Shown piece after piece: positions 41,089-53,300 of a DNA stretch of 64,000 nucleotides. The position numbers and the translations under genes are program-made. The stretch spans positions 31,053 to 95,052 of the forward strand of contig MU626332.1 of the NCBI GenBank assembly GCA_025603075.1, read 5' to 3'. The notes under the pieces were generated by a model, which was not told the origin of the DNA, did no database searches, and worked only from the letters and a program-made list of their open reading frames with translations. This stretch comes from Neoconidiobolus thromboides FSU 785 (Eukaryota; Fungi; Entomophthoromycota). The first letter of the stretch is position 1. Every line of letters begins with the position of its first letter.

Positions 41089-42904
41089 ATGGTAGAAGCA
41101 AGTCAACTATTTACTTGCAATGATGAATTATTACTCCACAAATTAGTTTTCTTAAAAGATTATGAATTATTAAAAATGATTTTATTTAAAGAAAGAGTCA
41201 AGATCGGAAACAAGTATAAACACCCCTTAATAGATCAGTTGGATAACAGAGGCTGTACAGCGCTTCAATTAGCAATTATGACAAATCAAAGTAATATAGT
41301 AGAGTTATTAGTAAATTACGGCGGTGCCTCTGTATTGATTAGTAATAAAAATGGTTGGAGTCCGCTCAATGAAGCAGTTGCAATTGGAAATAAAGAGATA
41401 CTCAGGATTATTGTAAGTTCAGTTATGTAAATGAGTGGTAATGGGCGATAAATTTAATTGTTTTTGTTTAGCTATTGAAAAAACAAGAAGAAATCAGGAA
41501 GAACTTTTATCAAATGATACCCAAGATTGCTAAGGTTATAGCTAAAGTAGGAATGTTCTTTTTTTATAAATATTTTGTTTATCTTTCGCTATTAGAATGT
41601 TAACGACTTTAAATTTGAAATAAGTTGGAATATGAAAAGTTGGGGTAAGTTGAACTATTTTAATATTCGGTTTGAGTTCATACTTTTTTAGTTCCTATAT
41701 TATCTGGTTTTTGTCCTTCAGATACTTATACTATTTGGAAAAAAGTAATATTTGTTTTTATTAGCAGCAACATTTATTTATTTAGTAGGACTCTAAATTG
41801 AGGATTGATTCAACATTAAGTATTCTTTTTATCATTTATTATTTTTATTGTTTATATTTATACATAAAATAGTTGGATTTGAAAATCTCCGTTGGATTCG
41901 TGGGAAACAAAGTTTTATATTTCAATTAGAAGGTTCAGATGAAAGTAAGTTGTTACTATGATATAATTTTATCTAATGTTTATTTATACATGATATTATT
42001 TTAGCTCCGACAATTACAGCTATAAATCATACGAATAAAATATTTCGTAAAATATTTGACAATCATTCGTTAGAAGGAGATACGTTAATTTATGACAAGA
42101 CAAGAGAAAAAGATGATCAAAAATTAAATAAGAAAATCAACGATTTACTAAATGAAAGGATAGTAAGATTCGAGTAATAACAATAATATGAAAATTAACT
42201 AACAAACTTATCTTCAACAGACAAAGTTTAGTTTATCTGCATCTTCAGTTATTTTTAAACCAGATAATAATTTTATGTGGAATTATAAAACACAGCGTAA
42301 AGAAAAAATCAATGGGTATTTATGTTCAATATGGAAAACGGAAAATTTAATATTAAAAGTGAAATCACGATGTGAACATATGACACTAGAAACAAAATCA
42401 TCAACAAAAGAAAATAGTAGACAAAAAATAACACTAAAAAAAGAAAACAAACAGTTTAAAGGTTTAGATTCCATCTTACCAAATGAGCTCATCACTTATA
42501 AAGATTATTTTGAAACGCAACAATCAGATCATTTACATTTAGGAAAACCATATCAACTCAAAAACTCTTTTTATAATTTAAGTTCCAGTTTATGGATATG
42601 TGAGCATAATCTAGATTCAACAACTACAGCCCCAAAGTTTCCATTAGAGTTAACACATTTTATTCAACTAATTGATGTCTTAGCTTGGTATCAGCCTACT
42701 TTTGCTAATGAATTAGGCTATTTATTAAAGAATAAGTTTCCAACAGGTTTTCCTATGAAAGCGCAGATACCACTGTTGCCTACAATTACATTGAATATTC
42801 AATTTGATAATTTCAACTTTGGTAAATTTGATGAGACCCTTTTTGATATCCCAGATGATGGCTATTCTTCTTGTTCGTTAAGTGAAAAAAGTGGATCAAT
42901 TTAA
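41089..42904 (+). CDS. ANKRD13-like ankyrin repeat + GPCR-chaperone-domain protein, multi-exon
   Basis: Ankyrin repeats (DNRGCTALQLA, NKNGWSPLNEAV), then FEISWNMKSW|VPILSGFCPSDTYTIWKK|..RIDSTL..VGFENLRWIRGKQSFIF and C-terminal KFPTGFPMKAQIPLLPTITLNIQF. Confidence 0.85.
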
Positions 42905-43570
42905 AAAAGTAAATGTGACTACTTTAATTTGGGTTTGTGTGGCTGTTTTTGTCCCTTTGATGGATTGTTAACAAGCTTTTTAAAAGATACTAACAGTCGT
43001 AATTTATTTATTTACAACACTAATAAAAATTGATGTTTTAGTTTTTATTTTTTGTATTTATTTTGAGGTTATTTATGGTATGCTCTCTTAGAACTTGATA
43101 TATTAAAGTATTCTTGCTAATTTTTTTATTTAGTATATAAAAGTAATAGCTTATAATACAACTCCATATCCTATTTATCAATTTTAATAACAATAAAATA
43201 CTATATTTAAGAAAAGTAATGACTTGTATAAAAAATAATAAAATATAACAAAAATGCTACAAAAAATTTAACTAAATTAAACCCTATTATTTATTTCACC
43301 ACCAATTGAATAAGAAACTATTAATTATATTGAAACCATTTGAAACATATAACTAAATGAAGGATCATTGACTTATTAAAGTTTTAAAAAGCTAATTTTG
43401 TCTACAAAGTCAGACTAAAGTTTTAATATTCTCCTTCGAAAATTATTATTTTAAAGCAATATAACCAATTTTACTTATTATGTTTTGGTACTATTAGCAT
43501 AGCTTTTATTTATTAAATATAATATAGGTAAATTAAGTTAGTTAAAATGTAGAATAAAGTTTTATAATTT

Positions 43571-43621
43571 GGGGATGATTTTTTGATTTCATTACTTTTT
43601 CCATTTTAAACACTATTTGAA
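43571..43621 (+). mobile_element. MITE copy 10 (left half only)
   Basis: GGGGATGA ttttttgatttcattactttttccattttaaacactatttga. Confidence 0.7.
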
Positions 43622-44548
43622 ATAGAACAGAAAACCTGCTATTTTATAGTCTTTATGCTTAATATACAATATATATAAGAAAACAAAATATGAAAATAGT
43701 TAAGCATTAAGTTTAAACTATTTAATATAGATTTTTACTTTTATCAGCTTTTTTATTACGTATAGTTTGATAATAAATTATAAAAAGAATAAAAATTAGA
43801 ATTTATTAAGCTGAATATCATTTATAGATTTTTTCATTAATAACTTTGGTTTAAAAAATCTAGAAAAGCTATTGATTGCAATAGTAAATTCTTTTGCTAA
43901 TAAAATGTTTCAGTATTGCAATTTCATACCTTTACCGTATTTTCTACATCTAAGAAGCCAGTTATTTATGGGGAAGCTTAATAGTTTATTAACTCAGCGG
44001 AAAATAGGATTTCATTTTTATATTTATTCCTCAATTCATAATAGCATATATACTTATTTCCGATTTAAGAAATAAACTACTTTGACAATGATAGTTAAAA
44101 GAATAAAATTTAATTGTATAAAATAATAGAATTGATTTAATAATCTTATTCAACTATTTAAATAGCGGGTAACTTTCGAGCATTCAAGATTCCGAAAAAA
44201 AGTGGACGAAAGGAGAACATTTAATAACTTAAATTTTCTAAATTGTAAAAAAATAGGGCTTTCGAAATTAATGCAGACTAAAAGATAAACTATAGTGAAA
44301 CACTGAATAAAAGATAAACCCAATATTCTACCGCACTTTAAAACCCAAAGAAATTTAGATGGCTTTATTGATAAAAGTTTAATTATAATTAAATTTATTA
44401 ATTATAAATAATAAACAATGCCATTAGATTAGTTGAATATGTTTAGATTAAAACTTATTCTTTTATTTCATATGTTTTGAGTTGGCTAGTAAATCAAAGT
44501 ATATAAAGGAAGGCCCACTTGGATTTGTTAAAAAGCTTGATTTTAAAA

Positions 44549-45490
44549 ATGGATGAAGGAGCAGATAAAGCTGTGAATATAGCCTTAGCAGTCATAATTT
44601 TTCTATCATTGTTATTCAATACATTACTACTAATTTTGCTAATAAAAAAGAGAAAGCAAGATATTTGGACCTTAAACGATAAGTTAATAGTTGGAGTAGC
44701 AACTATTGATATAGTGGAAGGTATATTTGGAATAAGTTCATCTATTTACCATACAAGTTATGGAGATACATTGCTATATGATAAACCATGGTATTGTCAA
44801 ATATCAGGTTATATAATGACTACTCTTTTACTAAATTCCATTTTATTATTGGTACTTATATCAATTTATAGATATAGAATATTGAGTAAAAAAGCTGGTC
44901 AATATAATTTGAGATATTTATATATCATTCTTGGATTGATTGGAATCATTCACTTTTTTGGGTTACTTTGTTTGGGTTTTTCCAATTTTTATCCAGTTGG
45001 TTCAGGGGCTTATTGTTATCCTAGCTTACATTTAGAAACCCCAGGAATTATATATTATACTGTTATAGCAATTATAAATTTTTTAGCCCCATTGGCCTTC
45101 GGTTTTAGTTATTTAGGAATTTATTTTACATTTCGAAAATTCACAAAAAAAGAGCATATTGAATTGAATGATAGCAACAACGTGAGCTATAAAAATGGGA
45201 AGCCTATTACAAGTATCAGTAATATGTCTAATGATATATCAAACAAAATTTTATTTCGTACAATTATTTATTTATTTCTATACCTCCCAATTTGGTTCCC
45301 TAACTTAGTGTCCATTGGGTGGGACTTAACCCATTTAAACGAAGCTAAAAGGCCACTTATTTTAGATGTACTATCCGTTATTGGTGTATTACTAACTATT
45401 TTAATTAATCCTGTGATGGTCTTCTTATTACGCTCTTCATTGGTATATTCTTTATTAGAACTCTTAAGAATAAGGAGAAATAGACTTTAG
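44549..45490 (+). CDS. Class A rhodopsin-like GPCR, intronless
   Basis: Seven TMs; TM2 TIDIVE, TM3 WYCQISG...SIYRY, ECL2 YPVGSGAYCYP, TM6 YLPIWFP, TM7 LINPVM. First ATG is 44549 (the ORF track starts at TTG 44519). Confidence 0.88.
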   Translation: MDEGADKAVNIALAVIIFLSLLFNTLLLILLIKKRKQDIWTLNDKLIVGVATIDIVEGIFGISSSIYHTSYGDTLLYDKPWYCQISGYIMTTLLLNSILLLVLISIYRYRILSKKAGQYNLRYLYIILGLIGIIHFFGLLCLGFSNFYPVGSGAYCYPSLHLETPGIIYYTVIAIINFLAPLAFGFSYLGIYFTFRKFTKKEHIELNDSNNVSYKNGKPITSISNMSNDISNKILFRTIIYLFLYLPIWFPNLVSIGWDLTHLNEAKRPLILDVLSVIGVLLTILINPVMVFLLRSSLVYSLLELLRIRRNRL

Positions 45491-45712
45491 ATTAGATACA
45501 AAATTAGACTAACATAATGGATATTGGGATAGTAGTAGTTTCAAGTTAATTATATTAAGCTATAAATTTCAACTCATTTGATCTTTAACGAGTTGTATTG
45601 TATTATGTGTCAATAGGAAACCTTTCTATACCAATTTGCTTATATTTTAATAAATTGTCATTTAATAAAAATTATTTCAATGCAAATAATACTTTATTAC
45701 ACATTATAATAA

Positions 45713-46936
45713 CTAAAGTCCTTCGTTGGTTTTGATATATTTTCCAAGAGCTTTGACGGCAGCTAAAATCTCTTTACCAGTAGAAGGGATATAGGAAGGT
45801 GGGAGAGCAAAACCATAAGCACCAGTATCCGGTAACTCAATCGCATAAGGATATTTAACACCACCAGTAACATAGGCCCAATCGACAGAAGAGCCATAAG
45901 CCTGATAGATTGTTGAACATATAGTACCTTGTTGGTAATTACGACCATTGACAGCTCTAAGAGCAGCATTGGCTTGTTTAGCAGCAGCATCTTGGGTATC
46001 AAAATCATCAGGGTTTTGATCACAGGTATAACCGAATGGTGACATAAATAATTGTCCATAGGAATGGAAGTCAATATAACTGATGACATTTCCTTTTGAG
46101 GAGATAAAATCAGCAACTGCTTTAGATTCTGGGGCTGAAAAAGCTTCAGATCCTGGATAAGTTTCATCACATTCATTATCGCCTCCTTGCCATTGATAAC
46201 CCCAGTTACGATTAACATCTGTGCCTTCGCATTGACCCCCACTATTTGGTTGACGATTTTTGCGCCATAAACGATCACCATTTCTTGTATATTCGTAACC
46301 ATCTACATTTACTACCGGGATAAAAGTATATTCAAAGGAGTCTAAAAGTTTGGAAATATCAGCATCGGAAGCGTATTTAGAAAAACTACTAATTAAAGTA
46401 ATAACAGTGGCTGGTGAGATCCATTCACGAGCATGGATACCACCATGGTAAATAATACTCTTTGATGGCGAAGCACCTGGTTTACGGAAAGTTATAGCTT
46501 TGATTGGGCGACCTTCATAAGTGTTACCGATTGACGATATGGTAGCAGAACCACGAGAACCAGCAGCAATGGAATCTAACCAGCTGTTTATTTCGCTTAT
46601 TGAGTGGTAACTATCTGAGAAATTAGCTGCACGGGTAGTAATATTCTCTTTATTAAAAAGATCTTGAATGTTTTCACTCAATATTTCGTACTTTAATGGA
46701 AGTGCTTCCTTCACTTTTTTGCTCTGTTCGGGCGTTAGACGAAGGTCTACTTTACCCACCCTTATTGTGTTCCAGCTATCTGCTTTGGAGTTTTTTACAT
46801 AGCTTTTGATTTTGGCAACATCAGACTCATTGGTCACATCAAAGCGATAAAGTTTATGGCCAGTGTAATCTACCTTCTCGGAAATAACTGAAGAGGTAAG
46901 AGTAAGTAAAGTGATTAGTAATGAATTAAATCTCAT
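45713..46936 (-). CDS. Secreted M14A zinc carboxypeptidase (signal peptide + prodomain), intronless
   Basis: HGGIHAREW, WRKNR, DVNRNW, IDFHSYGQL, GSSVDW, IELPDTGAYGFALP. Confidence 0.95.
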   Translation of the reverse strand: MRFNSLLITLLTLTSSVISEKVDYTGHKLYRFDVTNESDVAKIKSYVKNSKADSWNTIRVGKVDLRLTPEQSKKVKEALPLKYEILSENIQDLFNKENITTRAANFSDSYHSISEINSWLDSIAAGSRGSATISSIGNTYEGRPIKAITFRKPGASPSKSIIYHGGIHAREWISPATVITLISSFSKYASDADISKLLDSFEYTFIPVVNVDGYEYTRNGDRLWRKNRQPNSGGQCEGTDVNRNWGYQWQGGDNECDETYPGSEAFSAPESKAVADFISSKGNVISYIDFHSYGQLFMSPFGYTCDQNPDDFDTQDAAAKQANAALRAVNGRNYQQGTICSTIYQAYGSSVDWAYVTGGVKYPYAIELPDTGAYGFALPPSYIPSTGKEILAAVKALGKYIKTNEGL

Positions 46937-48058
46937 GTTTTTTTTACATAGTTTAATTATTATTATTTTACTATTTATACTGTTGGTATTGATTCGAGAT
47001 ATACCGAAATATTATTGTAAAATCAAATGATATATCATAACAGCTCTTTAGTTTACTCAAAAGCTGCATAGGATTAGAAATTACAGTAAATAGTGTAAGA
47101 AGTTATCTGAATGACTTTGCGTAATTAAAGATTTGCTATAAAAAGTGATCCCTTTATTTCCTTATTTTAGTCTGATTTTTACTACCTAAAATATTATGTT
47201 GATAATAAATTTAAACTTATTTTATAATAAGTATTGTCCTGATTGACTTTCTTTTCAATAAAAAATTATTATCCAAATAACTGCAATTCATATAACTTAT
47301 TTTAACATAAGTTAGTTATTGGCTTCTTATTTTTATTAAAGTAGTAGTAATTAGCTAACTACAAGTTAATGATTTAAATTAACAAATGTCTATAATTATA
47401 GCTGCGTGATGAAAATGAAAAAATTTATATTATTAAATAGGGAATGAGATTTTGTAGTTCACTAGGTAGTACTGGATAGAGCTACTAAAACTTTATGTTT
47501 AAATACAGCAACATAACCAAATAAATAAAAAATGATATATAAATTCGGTACTATGATGAAATTTTATAACCTAGTAAGCCAATCTACTAGACATAAGAAT
47601 GTATCGAAATAAAAAAATATGTGAGCAACTAAATAAATACGTTTTAAAAAATAAATTCATCTTTAAATGAATGATTGGAATTAAATTGAGAATTATACAT
47701 ATTTAGCGATATCAATTGTTTTTATTGATTACTCAGATTTATTGTATATGATATTCTTTTAGGCGTGAACACTCAGAGCTTGTTTTGTAGTTATAGCTTA
47801 TGCTATACTATAAACTTTAAAATAACGAATGAATATTCCATATTGTATTTTAATTTTATATGACTACATATCAATCATATAACGTCTCGTTTATAACAAG
47901 ATATTCTATAGGTATTTATCCTCTAATAATATTTCAAATAGGGGCAGTTCACTAGAGGTTAAGTAAAATGCAATAGCCTCGAACCAAATTTTATTGTTTT
48001 TATACATAAAAATAACAATACAGTTCCAAAATAAAAATAAAAATAAAAATAAAAGTAC

Positions 48059-48155
48059 AAAGATGTATTTTTATATTTAGAGTTTCACTAACAGCTTTTC
48101 TACTTAAATAGGGCTTAAAGGATCTAAAGAGTGATGAAGTCAAAAAAACACTCCC
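48059..48155 (-). mobile_element. ~98-bp MITE, copy 11 (degenerate)
   Basis: agatgtatttttat...ttttctacttaaatagggcttaaa...gtgatgaagtcaaaaaaacactccc. Confidence 0.75.
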
Positions 48156-48196
48156 ATACAAAGACATGTTTAGCTTTATTTACACTTAACTATTAA

Positions 48197-48814
48197 CTAA
48201 TCTCTAGTAACCTGCCTTCTTCTACTTTGAGAATCGTTTAAAATAACACCTAACGAAAACAAAAAAATATCCAAATTCGTTTCATTAACGTAGATAAACT
48301 GTTTTAAAGTGCTTGAAGAAAAAAAAGCATATTTATATTCCAAAATTACAATATTATCAGGCCCATATAATTTCCATTTTAATTTAGATTTACCCTCCTC
48401 CCACTTATACTCAGTCATTTTGCCTTCATTATCAATTAAATAAAGAAAATACAAAGGCCGGTTTTTATTAATTACTGAATGGAATTTTATGTTTCTATAT
48501 TCTTGATTACCAGCAACATTGATAATTTCCCATAATGTATACATATAATGAAAATTGCATTCTTTTAAAGCTAATACTAAATTACCATCTTTATTTTTAT
48601 ATTCCGCTGATTTAGTTCTTACATTAGTTATATATTCCGTCCCATCGTCGCTTTTAATATTAACTGTTCTTTCGATCATCCCAGATGTTTTGACTATAAA
48701 ATTCATGATCTCTTTTTTCCTACTGTAGTTAGGTGATGGCCCTCTCGAACTCCCAGGTACCTTATCTATTTCATCATAACTAGGTGGCAATAGTAAGTCT
48801 TGTTTGATTAGCAT
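48197..48814 (-). CDS. 205-aa protein with N-terminal PPSY (PY) motif; tentatively Tubby-C/LURP-one-like beta-barrel
   Basis: Intact ORF with LPPSYDE, a run of short beta-type segments and a terminal hydrophobic helix (DIFLFSLGVIL). The fold call is inference. Confidence 0.65.
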   Translation of the reverse strand: MLIKQDLLLPPSYDEIDKVPGSSRGPSPNYSRKKEIMNFIVKTSGMIERTVNIKSDDGTEYITNVRTKSAEYKNKDGNLVLALKECNFHYMYTLWEIINVAGNQEYRNIKFHSVINKNRPLYFLYLIDNEGKMTEYKWEEGKSKLKWKLYGPDNIVILEYKYAFFSSSTLKQFIYVNETNLDIFLFSLGVILNDSQSRRRQVTRD

Positions 48815-49431
48815 TTATAAATCTCATTTTTTTAGAATATTCTTTGAATTGTATTTATACTTTTTAGCATTTCTTATTAGAAATTTTTGAAGTTCTTTTT
48901 AAAAAACACAAATAATGTAATCATGAAAAAAACCAGTTTGACTTCCCTAATATTCCGCTTTATTTTTTGTTACTGGAAAAATTATTAACTTATTAGTCGA
49001 TATATAAAGATATAATAAGCAGGTTTAAATATTAGGGCCATTCTACTATTTTTTAAATCATTTCATTGGAATGACGATACAGTTTGTTATAAAGTAAAAG
49101 TTTAAAGACTCATAATAAGAAGTAGGATGAGTGAATGTAAGTTCAATATTGAAATTATTTTCAATCTTATGTTAATTTATTCTTATATCATTCCATACTT
49201 ATTATATCAAAAGTATCATCAAATGAAACAATTTCTTGTATTTTAATACAAAAAACAAACTCTATAAATGCTTAATTTTTTAGAATCTTTGATAAATAAT
49301 TCTTTAATTTGATATATTGGCTTATACTACAAATAGTTTATGGCAACCATAAACACTGTAGTAAAGAATAGTATCTTTATTAACTGACGTGAATTAGAAG
49401 ATAGCTAGCAGAAATTCAAATTTCAATCATT

Positions 49432-50418
49432 TTATTTTTTCATGACTCTTTTGAAAAAATTTAACACTTCACTTTTATATCCAGTCTGTAAATAAATGTT
49501 ATCATGATTGGCGTGATTAAAGCCCATAAATTGCTTCTGTTTACTTTCCAATGCTTCAAACATTTCTTTTGACATAGTACTTGGTACCATACTATCATTT
49601 TCACTTAACAAAAACAAATATTCTGTTTCAGCTTGCCTTTTTTTTTTCTTTTTTTCATTGATCTCTTCAATTGCCTTTTTACCATCCCACTTCTCCGTCA
49701 AAAACCATTTAGTTAAATACCTATAAGGTAACCATCTAGGGTACATATATTTTACCATACCTTCGATACTAGATATCCCATTTTCCAAAATTAATCCATC
49801 CACTTTTCGTTGACTACTAAGATGTAAGCTTACAGCTGCTCCTAAGGAGTGACCGTAAATAATTAATTTGTAATCATTCACATTATTTTCGATTATTTCT
49901 TTTTTCACTGTATCATAAACTAGTAGAGCGTCTTTTTTGAGCTCGTATTCATTAGATTTGCCGTCTGAGTCGCCATAGCCTGATAGATGATAAGCGACTA
50001 TTTTTAATGGGAAATGCGGTTTTACTAATGATAGTAATTGAAACAGTTTATCTTTCCTTAAATAAAGGTTTCCAGCATTACCTTGGAAATAGATGAGTAT
50101 TGCCATTGGTAAAGAAGAAGAGGGGGAGATAGTTTGGTTACTTAAACAGAAACCATGAAGGTATTGTTTCCTTCTTAATATAAGGCTATGTTTTGGTTTT
50201 AATATCGAGTTAAAAGTTAAGTCGTAATTCTCCTGCTTTGCTTCTTTTTGTAAAGTTTTACTCTCTTCTTCAATAACGGCTGGATTATTGTTTCCCAAAG
50301 GTAAATAAGAACAATATATAATTTTTTTTTGAAACGCTATTAGTATAACGCTCTTATATACATATACTAGTGTTGGTATCCCAAGGATTATTGTTATCAG
50401 TTTACTTATAAATAGCAT
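49432..50418 (-). CDS. ABHD13/Bem46-like alpha/beta hydrolase
   Basis: N-terminal TM, QKKIIY, YFQGNAGN, GYGDSDG, GHSLG nucleophile, Asp in ENDSMVP, His in ANHDN. Confidence 0.88.
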   Translation of the reverse strand: MLFISKLITIILGIPTLVYVYKSVILIAFQKKIIYCSYLPLGNNNPAVIEEESKTLQKEAKQENYDLTFNSILKPKHSLILRRKQYLHGFCLSNQTISPSSSLPMAILIYFQGNAGNLYLRKDKLFQLLSLVKPHFPLKIVAYHLSGYGDSDGKSNEYELKKDALLVYDTVKKEIIENNVNDYKLIIYGHSLGAAVSLHLSSQRKVDGLILENGISSIEGMVKYMYPRWLPYRYLTKWFLTEKWDGKKAIEEINEKKKKKRQAETEYLFLLSENDSMVPSTMSKEMFEALESKQKQFMGFNHANHDNIYLQTGYKSEVLNFFKRVMKK

Positions 50419-50914
50419 TTATTAATTTATTAATTTAAAAAAAATAAAATTGTTAAAAGAAGGATATGGGATTTATTTTTTTGTTTCTTAATTTTTGTTT
50501 TATACAGCATAAAATTGATAGTTTTTTTAAAATTCAAAACAAATTTTGATATCTGTTTAATATGATACTCGATATAAAGGACGTGAGATTACAGTAGAAT
50601 AAGTTGAAAAGACGAGGAATTTTTATATAGTGAAAGAACCGGCTTGAGAGCGGAATCAAGCAAATGAGAGAAAAAAGCATAGCATAAACTAATGGGTTAA
50701 TGAGCTAACTCTAGATTGTTCTAGATGGAGGACTGAGGATAGTTCTCTGATTATTAACTATTTACTGTCAGGGGAAGGAGTTGAAGGGATTATGGTGTTA
50801 TGGTGAAAAAACAGTTTGGCATGAGAAGAGATAATTGAAAGGAAGCCAGGGCCAATCGTAGCAAAAGCAATAAATGGGTGAGAATTTTTTTAATATCAAA
50901 GTACGAAAAAATAT

Positions 50915-51012
50915 GGTGATGTTTTTTTTGATTTCATTACTTTTCTATTTTTTAAGCACTGTTTGAATGAAAAAGTTGTTAGTAAAATTCCTAAGCACAA
51001 AAATACATCCCC
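50915..51012 (+). mobile_element. ~98-bp MITE, copy 12
   Basis: GGTGATGT...ACATCCCC; ATAT TSD; 98 bp. Confidence 0.9.
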
Positions 51013-51544
51013 ATATCTTATTATGTAATGTTAATCTCGCTTTGAGGCACTATAATAGATAAATAAAGACTCCTTGTTTAGAGGAGTCTATGTTATTGAT
51101 ATATTATATTATATCTAGTTTTGAGATAAGTATAAAGGAAAATTTTAGAATGTTTTAGTTCTGGCATTTCGATAATAAATTGGCTTTCCCATGTGTTGGT
51201 TAAAAAAGCATAAAATAATAAAACAGGAATGATGTTTCTATGTGATATTTATCAGAAAAAAATATTATATACACAATTTTCAAATGCCTCTCATTTATCT
51301 ATATAAATGATTTATTGTAAATCTAAATTAAATTTGATGTCAGCTTCAGCCTAGTTTATTAAATAAATAAATAAAGTCATTGTCTTTTTAATTTATATAT
51401 TAGTTTAAAGAAATACCTACAATAACTAAAAAATGAAATAAATAAATAGTACATTTTATTTTTTTACTATAACCCGTTTTTAATCTTTATTTTATTATTA
51501 GTGTAAGGATGTGGAGTATTAACCATAATGAAGAGTTTCGGATA

Positions 51545-52528
51545 TTAATAGAAATTTATTTTCTTGAATTTCAACAAGCTCAATAATGCATCAAACATTT
51601 TAGAATCGACTAAAAACACCATAATAGGATTAATTAAGATTGTCAATAAGATTCCAATAACAGGAATGATGACTAATATTTCAGTCCTTCTATTTTTATC
51701 TAAGTTTGTTAAATCCCATCCAACAGAGATCAGGTTAGGTATCCAGATCGGCAAATAGATAAATATGTATATGATTGCTCGAAATGACACTTTGTTAACT
51801 AAATTCTTATTTGAAAATATACTATTCTGAGCTTCCATTTTAATAGCAGTGTTACTATCGCTACTATGATTACTATTGGACTGTATTAATTCTAATGAAT
51901 TTCTTTTTTGTTTTCGAATAAAATGATGAAAGTTAAAAAATATCCCTAAATAAGCAGCGCCAAATAGTATAGGGACTATTAAATTAAACAGACCGATTAT
52001 GGTATAATATAACTTTCCAGAAACTCTATGCTTAAGACTAGGATAACAATAAGCCCCAGAACCAACAGGATAAAAGTTGAAATCAAATAAACAATATAGG
52101 CCAAAGCCATGTACTACAATAGTGACTATTAGAAATACATAGAAATACATTGGATTAAATATATTTTTTCTATATGTTATAATTTTAAATCGATATACTG
52201 CTACAAGTAATAATAATAATATTGAAGTCATTAACAGGCCAGTCATTATATATCCTGAGATTTGGCAGTACCAAGGTTTGTCAAAAAGTAGCAATTTGCC
52301 ATACAATGTATGATAGATACATGAAAATGTACCAAAGACTCCTTCACTTATATCTATAATTGCTATCAGGATTATTAGTTTATCATTTATATTCCATCTA
52401 GTTTGCTTCCTTTTCTTTAGTAGTATTATTATTAATAAACTATTTAATATTAAGGAGAGTATCACTATGATAGCTAATGCAATATTAACTATTCTATTCA
52501 AATTTTCCGACTCATCATTGGCTTTCAT
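51545..52528 (-). CDS. Class A rhodopsin-like GPCR, close paralog of 44549..45490
   Basis: Shares PWYCQISGYIMT, NFYPVGSGAYCYPSL, YLPIW.PNL.S.GWDLT and ILINP.MVFL with the 44.5-kb receptor. Confidence 0.88.
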   Translation of the reverse strand: MKANDESENLNRIVNIALAIIVILSLILNSLLIIILLKKRKQTRWNINDKLIILIAIIDISEGVFGTFSCIYHTLYGKLLLFDKPWYCQISGYIMTGLLMTSILLLLLVAVYRFKIITYRKNIFNPMYFYVFLIVTIVVHGFGLYCLFDFNFYPVGSGAYCYPSLKHRVSGKLYYTIIGLFNLIVPILFGAAYLGIFFNFHHFIRKQKRNSLELIQSNSNHSSDSNTAIKMEAQNSIFSNKNLVNKVSFRAIIYIFIYLPIWIPNLISVGWDLTNLDKNRRTEILVIIPVIGILLTILINPIMVFLVDSKMFDALLSLLKFKKINFY

Positions 52529-53061
52529 TTTTTATTAAAATTAATTTAGTTTATCTAGCTATTTATAGTTTTAATTTTAGTCTATCATTTTTAGTTTTGT
52601 ATAATTTTTATGCAATTGCTTATCAATTTATTCTTTAATTTTAAAACATGATACTTTAATATTTTGACTGAACAATGCTACATATTGTTATGTATATAAT
52701 AAGTAACCTAAGATAATGGTATATAAATATCACTAAAACCTATTTTAATTCATCTCAAACCTATTTATAAAAATAAGTATTTAAAAATACTCTTCTTCAA
52801 AATTTACTTAAATATTTAGCTTTTAATAAAATAAGATTTTAGCTTTATTGTTAATTTATATTCAATTGCACATTTACTTTTAAAGTATAGATTATCACAT
52901 ATAATCTAGTCTCAATTAATGGGAATTTTATTCAATCAAAAAGTAAGACGCTTAGTTGCTTTGGTAATATTCCATGGGATGTAATATAATTCAGTAAGAT
53001 AATATGGAAGTGTGGAAATAATATACTCTGAAGAATACTTTGTCTTACAATTTAAAAGTTA

Positions 53062-53090
53062 GAAAAATTCTTAAACACAAAAACATCCAC
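53062..53090 (+). mobile_element. MITE copy 13 (right-end fragment)
   Basis: aaaattcttaaacacaaaaacatccac followed by ATAT. Confidence 0.55.
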
Positions 53091-53179
53091 ATATATTAAA
53101 AAGTACATTTATTTTTTTAAATCCAGAGAACTTTAAAGTCCTAGTTTCAAAACGTGGAATGCTAGTTTGATTTCTGGCT

Positions 53180-53247
53180 CTAATAACTTTCCTACTCAAA
53201 TAGCGCTTAAAAGGTAGAAAAAGTAATGAAGTCAAAAAAACACTCTC
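53180..53247 (-). mobile_element. MITE copy 14 (truncated, inverted relative to copy 15)
   Basis: 68-bp near-exact reverse complement of 53301-53370. Confidence 0.8.
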
Positions 53248-53300
53248 ATATTAAGTTATATCTAAATTCAATCTCGCTTTTCAATTTCAATTCTATACAT

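Noticed and set aside
45763-46302. 179-aa overlapping ORF inside the carboxypeptidase
   Set aside because: It is an alternative-frame shadow of a codon-biased gene with no recognisable motifs.
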